A DNA stretch of 64,000 nt from the NCBI GenBank assembly GCA_964621305.1, contig CAZUOM010000002.1, forward strand, positions 73,733 through 137,732, in the 5' to 3' direction. The notes under the pieces are model-generated. The model worked only from the letters and a program-made list of their open reading frames with translations. It was not told the DNA's origin and did no database searches. Shown here in pieces: positions 25,062-33,673 of this stretch. How positions within the stretch are numbered: position 1 is the first letter of the stretch; each line of letters begins with the position of its first letter. Source of the stretch: an uncultured Gammaproteobacteria bacterium (GTDB taxonomy: Bacteria > Patescibacteriota > Microgenomatia > UBA10105 > UBA927). The position numbers and the translations under genes are program-made.

Positions 25062-26546
25062 ATGCCCGAAGAATTTTTTGGTGATATCAGCGATCAAAAG
25101 ATGCCGCCGACGTACAGATTTTTCAATGGTACACAATGGGTACAAAGCGCAAGCGGAAAAACCACCGAAGTAAAATCTCCTATTGATAACTCCGCTCTCG
25201 GCAGCCTTCAAGTTGTTTCAACTGCAGAAATTGACGCTGTGATGGGAAAGGCCGTTGCGGCTCAAAAGACCTGGGAAGTAACACCTCTTAATCGGCGCGT
25301 CAAAATAATGCATTTGGCGGCTGATTGGATTCGACATTTTGAGGACTATCTAACTAACCTCCTTGTCTGGGAAATCGGCAAAACCAGCGAAGAGGCAAAG
25401 AGTGAAATCAAGCGGACAGCTGACCTGACTGATTATTTCGCCGATGAAGCACAATCCATCCGAGGAGAGGGGTTGGATAGTGACAACTTTCCGGGCTACG
25501 ATAAAGGACGAATTGCCATTGTGGAGCGCGTAGCCCACGGGGTGGTAGTGGCTATCGCTCCTTTTAACTATCCGGTTAACCTTGCCGCAAGCAAGATTGC
25601 CCCCGCTTTACTCATGGGAAATAGTGTTGTTTTTAAGCCACCCACACAGGGCGGCATAAGTGGCGTTCACTTGGCGCAGATTTTCAGGAAAGCCGGAGTG
25701 CCGGATGGAGTTTTATCCTGTATTACCGGAGGTGGCGCGGATATCGGCAATTATCTGGTCGGACACAAAAGGGCAGACATGATTGCATTTACCGGCTCCT
25801 CAGACACGGGGGTTGCGATAGCAAAAGTAGCCGGAATGAAGCCGCTGCTTTTTGAATGCGGAGGCAATAACCCGGCAGTGGTTTTGCCTGATGCGGACGC
25901 CAACCTTGCAGCACGGGAAATTGTCAAAGGGGCATTTTCTTACGCAGGGCAACGGTGCACGGGGATAAAATACGTTTTAGGAACCCGAGAAATACTAGAA
26001 ACACTAGAAACTCTGGTGGTAAAAGCGCTCGGCGAACTCGTGCATAAGGGCGATCCAAGAAGTCCGGAAACGAAAATGGTAGGACCGGTGATTTCGGAAG
26101 CTGCAGCCATCCACATTGAGGAATTGATTAATGCATCAGTGAAGGCCGGGAGCAAGATTTTGGTTGGAGGTAAACGCAACAAGGCTTATATCGAGCCAAC
26201 GATTCTAGTTAATGTCAATCCAATAATGCCAACGGTTACCAATGAAGTCTTTGGCCCGGTCGTTTCGTTTGTTACCCTAGCTGATTACGGAGAAGCAGCC
26301 AAAATCATCAATGACTCACGGTTCGGCTTGCAAGCGTCTGTGTTTACCAAGGACGTAGGCACTGGGTTAACCTTTGCCAAGCAACTTAATGTGGGAACTG
26401 TTCAAATTAACGGTTCTCCACAAAGGGGCCCGGACCATTTTCCTTTTCTCGGCGTCAAACAGTCCGGCGTCGGGGTCCAGGGAGTACGCTATTCCCTCGA
26501 GGCCATGTCCCGCTTGCGGCCGATTGTGATCAATAAACCCGCTTGA
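25062..26546 (+). CDS. aldehyde dehydrogenase family, GapN-like (non-phosphorylating G3P dehydrogenase)
   Basis: FNYPVNLAASKIAPALLMGNSVVFKPP, FTGSSDTGVAI, FECGGNNP and GQRCTG (catalytic Cys). Confidence 0.75.
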   Translation: MPEEFFGDISDQKMPPTYRFFNGTQWVQSASGKTTEVKSPIDNSALGSLQVVSTAEIDAVMGKAVAAQKTWEVTPLNRRVKIMHLAADWIRHFEDYLTNLLVWEIGKTSEEAKSEIKRTADLTDYFADEAQSIRGEGLDSDNFPGYDKGRIAIVERVAHGVVVAIAPFNYPVNLAASKIAPALLMGNSVVFKPPTQGGISGVHLAQIFRKAGVPDGVLSCITGGGADIGNYLVGHKRADMIAFTGSSDTGVAIAKVAGMKPLLFECGGNNPAVVLPDADANLAAREIVKGAFSYAGQRCTGIKYVLGTREILETLETLVVKALGELVHKGDPRSPETKMVGPVISEAAAIHIEELINASVKAGSKILVGGKRNKAYIEPTILVNVNPIMPTVTNEVFGPVVSFVTLADYGEAAKIINDSRFGLQASVFTKDVGTGLTFAKQLNVGTVQINGSPQRGPDHFPFLGVKQSGVGVQGVRYSLEAMSRLRPIVINKPA

Positions 26547-26571
26547 CATGTGCATAATTATTTTGTAATAT
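26543..26571 (+). promoter_or_regulatory. sigma70-like promoter (TTGACA-17-TAATAT) upstream of the RHH-PIN module
   Basis: Read directly. Confidence 0.45.
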
Positions 26572-26574
26572 GTA

Positions 26575-26832
26575 ATGCGTATGACACAACTTGTAGTCCG
26601 CATCAGCGATGATCAACAAAGACAATTAATGCTTCTTGCACATCGAGAGCAGAAGCGTATTTCTGACGTGGTTCGCGATGCGCTGGAGGAGCATTTCCGG
26701 TCCAAAATGAAGACAGGGAAAAACGAACTCCTGGCGCTTGCTGAGATTGGCAAACGGTATAAAGGGAAGAAGTATCCGGCGGATCTCTCTACCAACTACA
26801 AGCGCTATCTGTATGGGGACAAGCGGATATGA
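26575..26832 (+). CDS. RHH (CopG-family) antitoxin
   Basis: ...MTQLVVRISDDQQRQLMLLAHREQKRISDVVRDALEEHF. Confidence 0.7.
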   Translation: MRMTQLVVRISDDQQRQLMLLAHREQKRISDVVRDALEEHFRSKMKTGKNELLALAEIGKRYKGKKYPADLSTNYKRYLYGDKRI

Positions 26833-27218
26833 TTTTTGTCGACGCTTCATTTTACGTGAGTCTCCTCAAGCCTTCTGACAGAAACCACGATAATGCAGTA
26901 GCGCTCGCCAGAGAGCACGGCATGGCCCCGAAAATTACATCGCAAGCAGTGTTGGGAGAGCTGGCAACAGTAGGATCGCAGCGATTCAGCAAGGAAGCGA
27001 CGATTGTATTTATTGAAGACATACTTCGCGGCAGCACGACGACGATTCTTTTTGACACACACGAGTTTGTGACCCGAGCGTTGGAGATTTTCAAGAAAGT
27101 CAAAAACAAGAATATAAGCTGGGTGGACTGCTATTCGCGAGCAATCATCGAAGCATACAAGATTGAAACGGTTTTGACGTTTGATAAGGACTTCCAAAAA
27201 ATGGCCCGTGCGAAGTAA
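26829..27218 (+). CDS. PIN-domain toxin
   Basis: MIFVDASFYVSLL.... Paralog of 29759-30148. Confidence 0.75.
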   Translation: MIFVDASFYVSLLKPSDRNHDNAVALAREHGMAPKITSQAVLGELATVGSQRFSKEATIVFIEDILRGSTTTILFDTHEFVTRALEIFKKVKNKNISWVDCYSRAIIEAYKIETVLTFDKDFQKMARAK

Positions 27219-27339
27219 ATTTCCCTGTTTTAACAACTCCATATCGTTATCCCTAAGCGCATCGTATGTGCAGCAGACCGTATCGCTCAAGAGGCATATG
27301 CCGTACAGGCAGAGAGAAGGAGCTAGTCGGGTTAAAGGG

Positions 27340-28857
27340 TTACTCCCATTCCATTGTCGCTGGGGGTTTAGTCGTAATGTCGTAGACGACGCGAGAAACT
27401 CTTGGGACCTCATTGACTATTCTTGATGACATAGCTGCGAGTACTTCGTACGGAAGATGCGACCACTGGCTGGTCATGATGTCCACAGATTCATACGCCC
27501 GGATGGCGACCACCTCGCCGAATACGCGGCCGTCGCCCTTGACTGCTGTGGAGTACGCGCCGGTCATGACGGCAAAGCACTGAAAAACGCTATCGTAAAG
27601 TTTTGCGGCTTTGACTTCTTCAACAACAATCCGATCCGCAATTTTTACCTGCGCGAGCCGAGCCTCGGTTACTTCGCCGCGGATCCTGACTGCGTAGCCC
27701 GGACCGGGAAAAGGATGTTCGGCGATGATGTCTTCCGGAAGCCCAGCGAGGCGGCCCAACTCACGCACTTCGTCTTTGTAGTAGTTGCGCAACGGCTCAA
27801 GAAGGGTAAGCTTTAAACTTTTTGGCAAGCCCCCAACATTGTGATGCGACTTGATATGGGAGGCGTGTTTGGTGCCTCTAGACTCAATCACATCAGAATA
27901 AATCGTCCCTTGGCCCAAAAAAGCGGCGTCTTTATATTTATTTGCCTCTTTTTGAAAAATGTCGATATAAAGTTTACCAATGGTTTTTCTTTTCGCTTCG
28001 GGATCTGTAACTCCCTTAAGCGCTGTTAAGAATCGTTTTTTTGCGTCAACAATAGTTAGTTTAGCCTTAATTAATTTATTAAAAATATACCGCACGCGTG
28101 CATCTGTTTCCGGACGCATGAGGCCACTATCAACGTAGATGGGAATAAGATTTTTGCCAATAGCTTTTCCAATTAAAAATGCGGCGACTGTTGAGTCGAC
28201 ACCTCCAGATACTGCACAGATAGCTTTTTTATTTCCAACTGACTCTTTAATACCCTGGATTATTTTTTGTAGACTAAGCGAAAGAGGGGTAAGTGTTTCA
28301 CCACAGACATCGCACGCAAAATTTTGAAGCATGGTAAGGCCCTGCTCTGTATGGTGTGCCTCCGGGTGAAATTGAACGCCAAACAACTGCCTGGTTAGGT
28401 CTACAACAGCGGCATTGATGACGCTTCTAGTTGAACCAGCGACCTCAAACCTCTTAGGCAGTCGGACGACCGTGTCTCCATGAGACATAAAAACAGAGCA
28501 GGATCGTTTCGGTAAAGAAAAAACGCCATCCTTTTTCTTAAACTGCACTTGTTGGGGGCCATATTCTTTCTGAGTGTTGCGAACTTCACCGCCCAAAAGT
28601 TTTGCCATCAGTTGCCAGCCGTAGCAGATAGCCAAAATGGGGATACCGGCATCAAATATTTCCGGATCAATTGTGGGCACTCCCTTGTCATAGACGCTCG
28701 CCGGCCCGCCGGAGAGGATTAACCCCTTCGGTTTCAGTAAAGAAATTTGTTCAAGCACATCCTCCGGATTTATAATGTTGACCGCAACACCTATGTCCCG
28801 TATCCGCCGGGCAATAAGATGCGCCATCTGTGAACCGAAGTCAACGATGAGAATCAT
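27340..28857 (-). CDS. guaA: GMP synthase (glutamine-hydrolysing)
   Basis: N-terminal GATase (MILIVDFGSQMAHLIARRIRDIGV) and SGGVDSTV PP-loop. Confidence 0.9.
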   Translation of the reverse strand: MILIVDFGSQMAHLIARRIRDIGVAVNIINPEDVLEQISLLKPKGLILSGGPASVYDKGVPTIDPEIFDAGIPILAICYGWQLMAKLLGGEVRNTQKEYGPQQVQFKKKDGVFSLPKRSCSVFMSHGDTVVRLPKRFEVAGSTRSVINAAVVDLTRQLFGVQFHPEAHHTEQGLTMLQNFACDVCGETLTPLSLSLQKIIQGIKESVGNKKAICAVSGGVDSTVAAFLIGKAIGKNLIPIYVDSGLMRPETDARVRYIFNKLIKAKLTIVDAKKRFLTALKGVTDPEAKRKTIGKLYIDIFQKEANKYKDAAFLGQGTIYSDVIESRGTKHASHIKSHHNVGGLPKSLKLTLLEPLRNYYKDEVRELGRLAGLPEDIIAEHPFPGPGYAVRIRGEVTEARLAQVKIADRIVVEEVKAAKLYDSVFQCFAVMTGAYSTAVKGDGRVFGEVVAIRAYESVDIMTSQWSHLPYEVLAAMSSRIVNEVPRVSRVVYDITTKPPATMEWE

Positions 28858-29093
28858 GGTGTTTGTCGAGAAAACCAGTAGATGGTTTTCTGGTCACGTG
28901 TGTTCACTACAAAGGCCGATGGCGTTTCAAAAGCTTGGTGGTAGACCTGCGGAGGCTCTGCATCTCGTTTTAGTGTCCACTCTTCAATGTGGAGCGACCC
29001 TTCACCTTTCTCCGCTGAAACCGTTACTGTTTCACCTGGACCGATGGCGACGGTGACCACTGTACTATCGATATAGATGTTCTTTTCTTCCAT
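28854..29093 (-). CDS. hypothetical small protein co-transcribed upstream of guaA
   Basis: 79-aa ORF overlapping the guaA start. No motif recognised. Confidence 0.35.
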   Translation of the reverse strand: MEEKNIYIDSTVVTVAIGPGETVTVSAEKGEGSLHIEEWTLKRDAEPPQVYHQAFETPSAFVVNTRDQKTIYWFSRQTP

Positions 29094-29129
29094 AGTTCAG
29101 ACGCAGCGCTAATACTGCAGCTTATATAG

Positions 29130-29711
29130 TCATTTAAGATAGTATTTTTTGACGAATTGTAGTTCTTGATCCGTATAGCCGAGCGTGTGTAAAAATCGCC
29201 GTGCTTCGGCGCTTGGTTTTTCTTCCTTTTTTAATTGTTTGCTAATAAGAATGGTCATTTCGGTGGGTTCATAAGGGAAAAGGATCCAACGGCTGGTTTG
29301 TTTGACGAAAAAGTCTGGTCGGTACACCGAGTGCGGCTTGTAAAAGAGCGTGGCGCTGGTTACAGTTGCCGGTCGGAAGCGGGAGAGATAGCGAAGAGCG
29401 CGTTTAAGGGTTTTGCCTGAGTCGGCGACGTCGTCGACGATCAGGACCTGCTTCCCACCAACTGGAGCGGTGAGTTTTCCGGTGATCTTCAACTCCCCCT
29501 GCGTTTGAATATCCGTGTAGCTTTGGATGGTGATGGTGGAGATGGGGATTTGGAGGAGATCGCTCATGAGGTGGCCAAGCGTCAAGCCGCCGCGGGCAAT
29601 GGCGACGATTTCATCTGGTTTATTCTTTTGCGCGAGGATTTTTTCCGCGAGGGATTGCGAGAGAGAGTGATATTCGTTCCACGAAACCGGTAGGTATTTT
29701 ATATCCGGCAT
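29130..29711 (-). CDS. hpt: hypoxanthine/xanthine-guanine phosphoribosyltransferase
   Basis: VLIVDDVADSGKTL is the PRT motif. Confidence 0.75.
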   Translation of the reverse strand: MPDIKYLPVSWNEYHSLSQSLAEKILAQKNKPDEIVAIARGGLTLGHLMSDLLQIPISTITIQSYTDIQTQGELKITGKLTAPVGGKQVLIVDDVADSGKTLKRALRYLSRFRPATVTSATLFYKPHSVYRPDFFVKQTSRWILFPYEPTEMTILISKQLKKEEKPSAEARRFLHTLGYTDQELQFVKKYYLK

Positions 29712-29758
29712 AAGCTATTATGCATCTGAAGACGTTTCGTTGTCAATCTGTTTGTGCA

Positions 29759-30148
29759 TTAGGGGAGGGGGCGGAGGCCGAAGAATTTGAAGTGGCGGTC
29801 AAAGGTGAGGATTTTTTTGGTTTTCAATTCTTTGCAGATTGCCACGGTGATGCAGTCAATAAGGGAGACATCTTTTTGGACTTTTGGATTGAGGAAAAGT
29901 GCGAGACCGGCCTGAAAACGTTCATGAGAGACTGGAAGGATGGTGTAATCGGCTAAAATTTTTTGGCATGCATCGATGCTCGCGATTTTTCCCATCCGTT
30001 GGCTCACGACGGTGAGCGTTTCTTTTATAACGTCTTCGGACGTGACGAGTTCGTTTTCGTCGGTGGGATAAAGACGCATGGCCCGAGAGAAGTTTCGGTC
30101 CGTGGTAAAGAAAAATGATACAAAAAAACTCGCGTCAACGAATATCAT
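29759..30148 (-). CDS. PIN-domain toxin
   Basis: MIFVDASFFVSFF.... Paralog of 26829-27218. Confidence 0.75.
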   Translation of the reverse strand: MIFVDASFFVSFFFTTDRNFSRAMRLYPTDENELVTSEDVIKETLTVVSQRMGKIASIDACQKILADYTILPVSHERFQAGLALFLNPKVQKDVSLIDCITVAICKELKTKKILTFDRHFKFFGLRPLP

Positions 30149-30426
30149 TGGTTTGCGTGCTTCTTCGGCGTTCCGTATACGTAGTGGTCAAGTTCAATAG
30201 AGACATCCGTGGGTGTTCCCGGCGGGGTAGGGTGTTTTTTATGAAATGCATCAAGCCACTTCAGAAAGTCCTGGCGGCGCTGTTTAGGCGTCAGCTTGGG
30301 TTCCACGTAGTGTTTGATAGACCTGCGTATGACGTCAGAGACAGAGGTGCCTTCTCGTTTGGCTTGCTCCTGGGCGAGTCGGTAAGTGGCCGGATCGATA
30401 TAGAGTTGCGTGCGTTTCATTAGCAT
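30145..30426 (-). CDS. RHH (CopG-family) antitoxin
   Basis: MLMKRTQLYIDPATYRLAQEQAKREGTSVSDVIRRSIKHYV. Confidence 0.7.
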   Translation of the reverse strand: MLMKRTQLYIDPATYRLAQEQAKREGTSVSDVIRRSIKHYVEPKLTPKQRRQDFLKWLDAFHKKHPTPPGTPTDVSIELDHYVYGTPKKHANQ

Positions 30427-30465
30427 ACATCATTAACATACATCATCAAATACTGTATGTCAAGT

Positions 30466-30493
30466 GCTTGACGGGTATCAAAGGGAGAATATA
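30466..30493 (+). promoter_or_regulatory. sigma70-like promoter TTGACG-16-TATAAT followed by AGGAG and ATG
   Basis: Read directly: ttgacgggtatcaaagggagaatataataggagcATG. Confidence 0.55.
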
Positions 30494-30501
30494 ATAGGAG
30501 C

Positions 30502-31101
30502 ATGCAAGCCCTGAAGTATGCCTCTGTCGCCATCTCCGGCAGGCCCGGGGCGGGTAGATCAACGCTTCTAAAAAATCTCCGGCAATACCTTGAGCCTCTC
30601 GGTTGGGAATTTTTTTCCGGTGGCGACTGGTCGCGGCAGTTTTCCATAGCCGCCGGCAAGCAGGATCCCAATGACCCCAAACATCATGTTGCCACTGACT
30701 ATGGAGACGAGATTGATCATCAAATTGATGCAGCGATGCGGCAGAAAGTTTCTGACCCAAATGTCCACATGGCAATTGAGTCCTGGATTGCAGGCTGGAA
30801 TGCACGAGAGATACAGCATGTTCTGCGTGTTCTTTTGATGTGCGATGACGCACTGCGTATAGACCGAATTGTCAACCGAGATGGAGTTGCTGTGGAAGAA
30901 GCAAAAAAACACTTGCGGGAGCGGGAGGAAACAAACCTTGGAAAATGGAAGCGTATGTACGGAGTCGACGACTTTTGGGACCCAAAACACTATGATCTGA
31001 TAATAAACACTTACTCACATAGCCCCAAAGAAACTCTTGATCTTGTCCTTCAGGCCCTCGGCTACTTTTCCGCAAACGGACAGCAAAAAGAGACAATATG
31101 A
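30502..31101 (+). CDS. cytidylate-kinase-like AAA-family nucleotide kinase
   Basis: ISGRPGAGRSTL is a P-loop. About 199 aa, resembling archaeal-type CMP kinase. Confidence 0.55.
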   Translation: MQALKYASVAISGRPGAGRSTLLKNLRQYLEPLGWEFFSGGDWSRQFSIAAGKQDPNDPKHHVATDYGDEIDHQIDAAMRQKVSDPNVHMAIESWIAGWNAREIQHVLRVLLMCDDALRIDRIVNRDGVAVEEAKKHLREREETNLGKWKRMYGVDDFWDPKHYDLIINTYSHSPKETLDLVLQALGYFSANGQQKETI

Positions 31102-31155
31102 CTCCGAAGACATAAATTTGACAATTTGTACATATTGTACTAATATAGATTTTGT

Positions 31156-31437
31156 ATGACGATTACTGTCTCCATCAGCCAGTTTCGACAAAACATGTCA
31201 AAGTACCTTCTCGGGAGGCAGGAAGGTGACATCATTAGGCTTAAAGACGACAAGCGGGGAGTGTATATTGCTGACGTTATTCCTAGAAAAACGTTTGATC
31301 CTGTGGCTTTTGAGAGAGCACTGCAGGAGTCGGCAGGAGTATTCACTGCAAAGAACCATCCTGAATGGCGTACCAAAAGAGATGTGATCAGGTGGGTGCG
31401 AAAAGAACGGAAAGCCGCGGATCGCTGGTTTAATTGA
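31156..31437 (+). CDS. Phd/YefM-like antitoxin
   Basis: MTITVSISQFRQNMSKYLLGRQEGDIIRLKDDKRGVYIA. Confidence 0.6.
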   Translation: MTITVSISQFRQNMSKYLLGRQEGDIIRLKDDKRGVYIADVIPRKTFDPVAFERALQESAGVFTAKNHPEWRTKRDVIRWVRKERKAADRWFN

Positions 31438-31441
31438 GGGT

Positions 31442-31822
31442 ATGTTTCTTATAGACACGGACATTCTTATATGGGTGCTGCGAGGAAACAAAGAGCATGT
31501 TGAGCTGCTCCGGCATCTCAAGGAGCAAAAACCACTTTCCATATCAGCTATAACGGTCGCGGAAGTATACAAAAACACTTTTGCCGTAGAACTTCATCGT
31601 ACAGAGAAGATGTTAAACGAATTATATTTATGGGATGTAAACCGGCCCATTGCCAGACAGGCAGGGTTATATTGGCAGCAATTTGCCAAGCAGTTTAAAA
31701 ATCTTCATATCCTCGATTGTATTATAGCCGCGACGGCTCGAGAGCACAATCTTGAGCTCATAACACTCAACACGAGGCATTTCCCCATGGCAGATATCAT
31801 TGTGGGGAAGTTTCACGCCTAA
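31442..31822 (+). CDS. vapC: PIN-domain toxin (VapC)
   Basis: MFLIDTDILIWVLRGN... Confidence 0.8.
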   Translation: MFLIDTDILIWVLRGNKEHVELLRHLKEQKPLSISAITVAEVYKNTFAVELHRTEKMLNELYLWDVNRPIARQAGLYWQQFAKQFKNLHILDCIIAATAREHNLELITLNTRHFPMADIIVGKFHA

Positions 31823-32360
31823 ATGTATGATTCCGACGGAAGAACAGATAAAGGCGCTATGGATAAAGTACCGGCTGCCGGTGGGGAAACGAAAACATAT
31901 GGAGGTTGTGGCGCGGGTCGCTGGATTTATTGCAGACAAATTAGACCAATTAGGCAAATTTGACAAATTAGATAAACCACTATTAATTGCTGGCGCACTT
32001 CTTCACGACATTGACAAAAAAGTTCCACGGTCCCCGGGTGAGCAGCATCCGGATACTGCGGTGAGAATTCTTAAAGAAGAGGGAATGGATGAGGTGGCGC
32101 TGTTGGTCGAGAAACACCCGCTTCATGTCATACTTGATCCGGCCGTCGCGTCCACGACACTAGTTGAAAAAATACTTTTTCTTGCAGACAAGATGGTTAA
32201 ATTTGATTACATTGGCGTCGACGAACGATTTAGACTTTGGAACGAGGAACACTTAGCTCCCGATGCGCAAAAAATCCTTGACACCGCGTACCCAAAAGTG
32301 AAAGCACTTGAACAGGAAATTTTCTCACTTTGCAAAATTGGTCTTCGTGATATAAAATAA
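31800..32360 (+). CDS. HD-domain phosphohydrolase
   Basis: LLHDIDK is the HD motif. Confidence 0.7.
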   Translation: MWGSFTPKCMIPTEEQIKALWIKYRLPVGKRKHMEVVARVAGFIADKLDQLGKFDKLDKPLLIAGALLHDIDKKVPRSPGEQHPDTAVRILKEEGMDEVALLVEKHPLHVILDPAVASTTLVEKILFLADKMVKFDYIGVDERFRLWNEEHLAPDAQKILDTAYPKVKALEQEIFSLCKIGLRDIK

Positions 32361-32369
32361 AAAACGCTT

Positions 32370-32909
32370 ATGAACATAAAACCATTTTTGGCTGTTTCTT
32401 CTCTAGTTATAACTCTTTTATCTACGCCATTTTTAATAGCAGCAAAAACTCCAGTGTCAGTCGTTGTACAAAAGTCAGAATATGTCCTTCCATACCCCGG
32501 AATTTTGCCAGATCATCCGCTATATTTTCTAAAACAGGCGCGAGACAAAATTTTAGATTTTCTCATTGTTGACCCGCTGCGAAAAGCAGAATTTTATATC
32601 CTCCAGGCAGACAAGCGGCTCGGCATGGGGATGATGCTTTTGGATAAAGGCATTGGTGCGCTTGCTGAAACGACGATGTCCAAGGGCGAAAACTATATGG
32701 AGCAGGCGATTTCATCACTTGTTAACCTGAAAGCAAGCGGAAAAGAAACCCCTGGTTATCTAGTTGATCGCCTTGAGCGCTCAGTAGATAAACACATTGA
32801 AGTTATTGCCGCCCGATCATCAAATGAAAGCGGTCCAGTTAAAGACGCACTGACTGGGCTTTTGGAAAGAGTAAAAAAATTGCGGACACAAGCGGCGAAA
32901 GTAAAATAA
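32370..32909 (+). CDS. secreted DUF5667-like protein
   Basis: Signal peptide, then LPYPGILPDHPLYFLK. The family assignment is from memory. Confidence 0.5.
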   Translation: MNIKPFLAVSSLVITLLSTPFLIAAKTPVSVVVQKSEYVLPYPGILPDHPLYFLKQARDKILDFLIVDPLRKAEFYILQADKRLGMGMMLLDKGIGALAETTMSKGENYMEQAISSLVNLKASGKETPGYLVDRLERSVDKHIEVIAARSSNESGPVKDALTGLLERVKKLRTQAAKVK

Positions 32910-33030
32910 TCGAACACAGATTTTTTTCTTTGTTTTTTTGACATTAGTTTTTTGCCGTACTTTTTCCTCACAAAAAGTCTCCTGAAGCTAAAAAATCCTG
33001 TTGATTTTTTTTGATATAGAAATTGCCAGT

Positions 33031-33060
33031 TGACGAGGTTTTATTTGCCTTATATAGTGG
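33031..33060 (+). promoter_or_regulatory. candidate promoter of nrdR (TTGACG ... TTATATAG)
   Basis: Read directly. Confidence 0.35.
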
Positions 33061-33106
33061 CTAATTGTTTACCCATGCCACACATATAGCGTTTGAGTTT
33101 TCATTC

Positions 33107-33553
33107 ATGAAATGTCCGTATTGCAACAATCATGACAGTGATGTAATAGAAACGCGAGACAGTGAAGACTTAACGGTTACACGAAGAAGAAGGGTTTGTC
33201 CCAAGTGTGCGAAGAGGTTTACGACCTACGAGAGAGTTGAAACAGTACCGCTAACAGTCATAAAAAAAGACGAGCGGCGAGAAACATTTGACAGGGAAAA
33301 ACTGCGACGCGGCATTTGGCGGGCAAGCGGTAAAACAAAGATAAAAGCCGACGACGTTGACCGAATTGTTGATGAAGTCGAACGTGAACTAATCGCCGGC
33401 GAGACGACCGAAGTATCTAGCAAAAAAATAGGAGAGCTGGTTGCCAGGCGACTTAAGAGACTCGATAAGGTGGCATACATCCGATTTGCTAGTGTATTTA
33501 GAAGATTTGTAGATGTTGAAGATTTTGAGAAAGAAGTAAAAAAATTGCTTTGA
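33107..33553 (+). CDS. nrdR: transcriptional repressor NrdR
   Basis: MKCPYCNNHDSDVIETRDSEDLTVTRRRRVCPKCAKRFTTYE carries the Zn ribbon and ATP-cone. Confidence 0.9.
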   Translation: MKCPYCNNHDSDVIETRDSEDLTVTRRRRVCPKCAKRFTTYERVETVPLTVIKKDERRETFDREKLRRGIWRASGKTKIKADDVDRIVDEVERELIAGETTEVSSKKIGELVARRLKRLDKVAYIRFASVFRRFVDVEDFEKEVKKLL

Positions 33554-33600
33554 GCACAATGCCAATCAACTAATGATATGCCAATACAACGAATAAAATA

Positions 33601-33660
33601 ACGAATGCAACAAATTTGTAGATTGGTTATGCATTCGTAGCATTGGTACAGATTTGTAGA
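33601..33660. promoter_or_regulatory. candidate NrdR operator: perfect palindrome ACAAATTTGT plus second box ACAGATTTGT within 13-bp direct repeats ATTTGTAGATTGG, 38 bp apart
   Basis: Read directly in the nrdR-nrdJ intergenic region. Box 1 is flanked by the inverted repeat ACGAATGCA/TGCATTCGT. Confidence 0.45.
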
Positions 33661-33673
33661 TTGGATTATAAAT

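Noticed and set aside
30446-30990. Two overlapping minus-strand ORFs (135 and 140 aa)
   Set aside because: Antisense to the P-loop kinase gene 30502-31101. No motifs were found.
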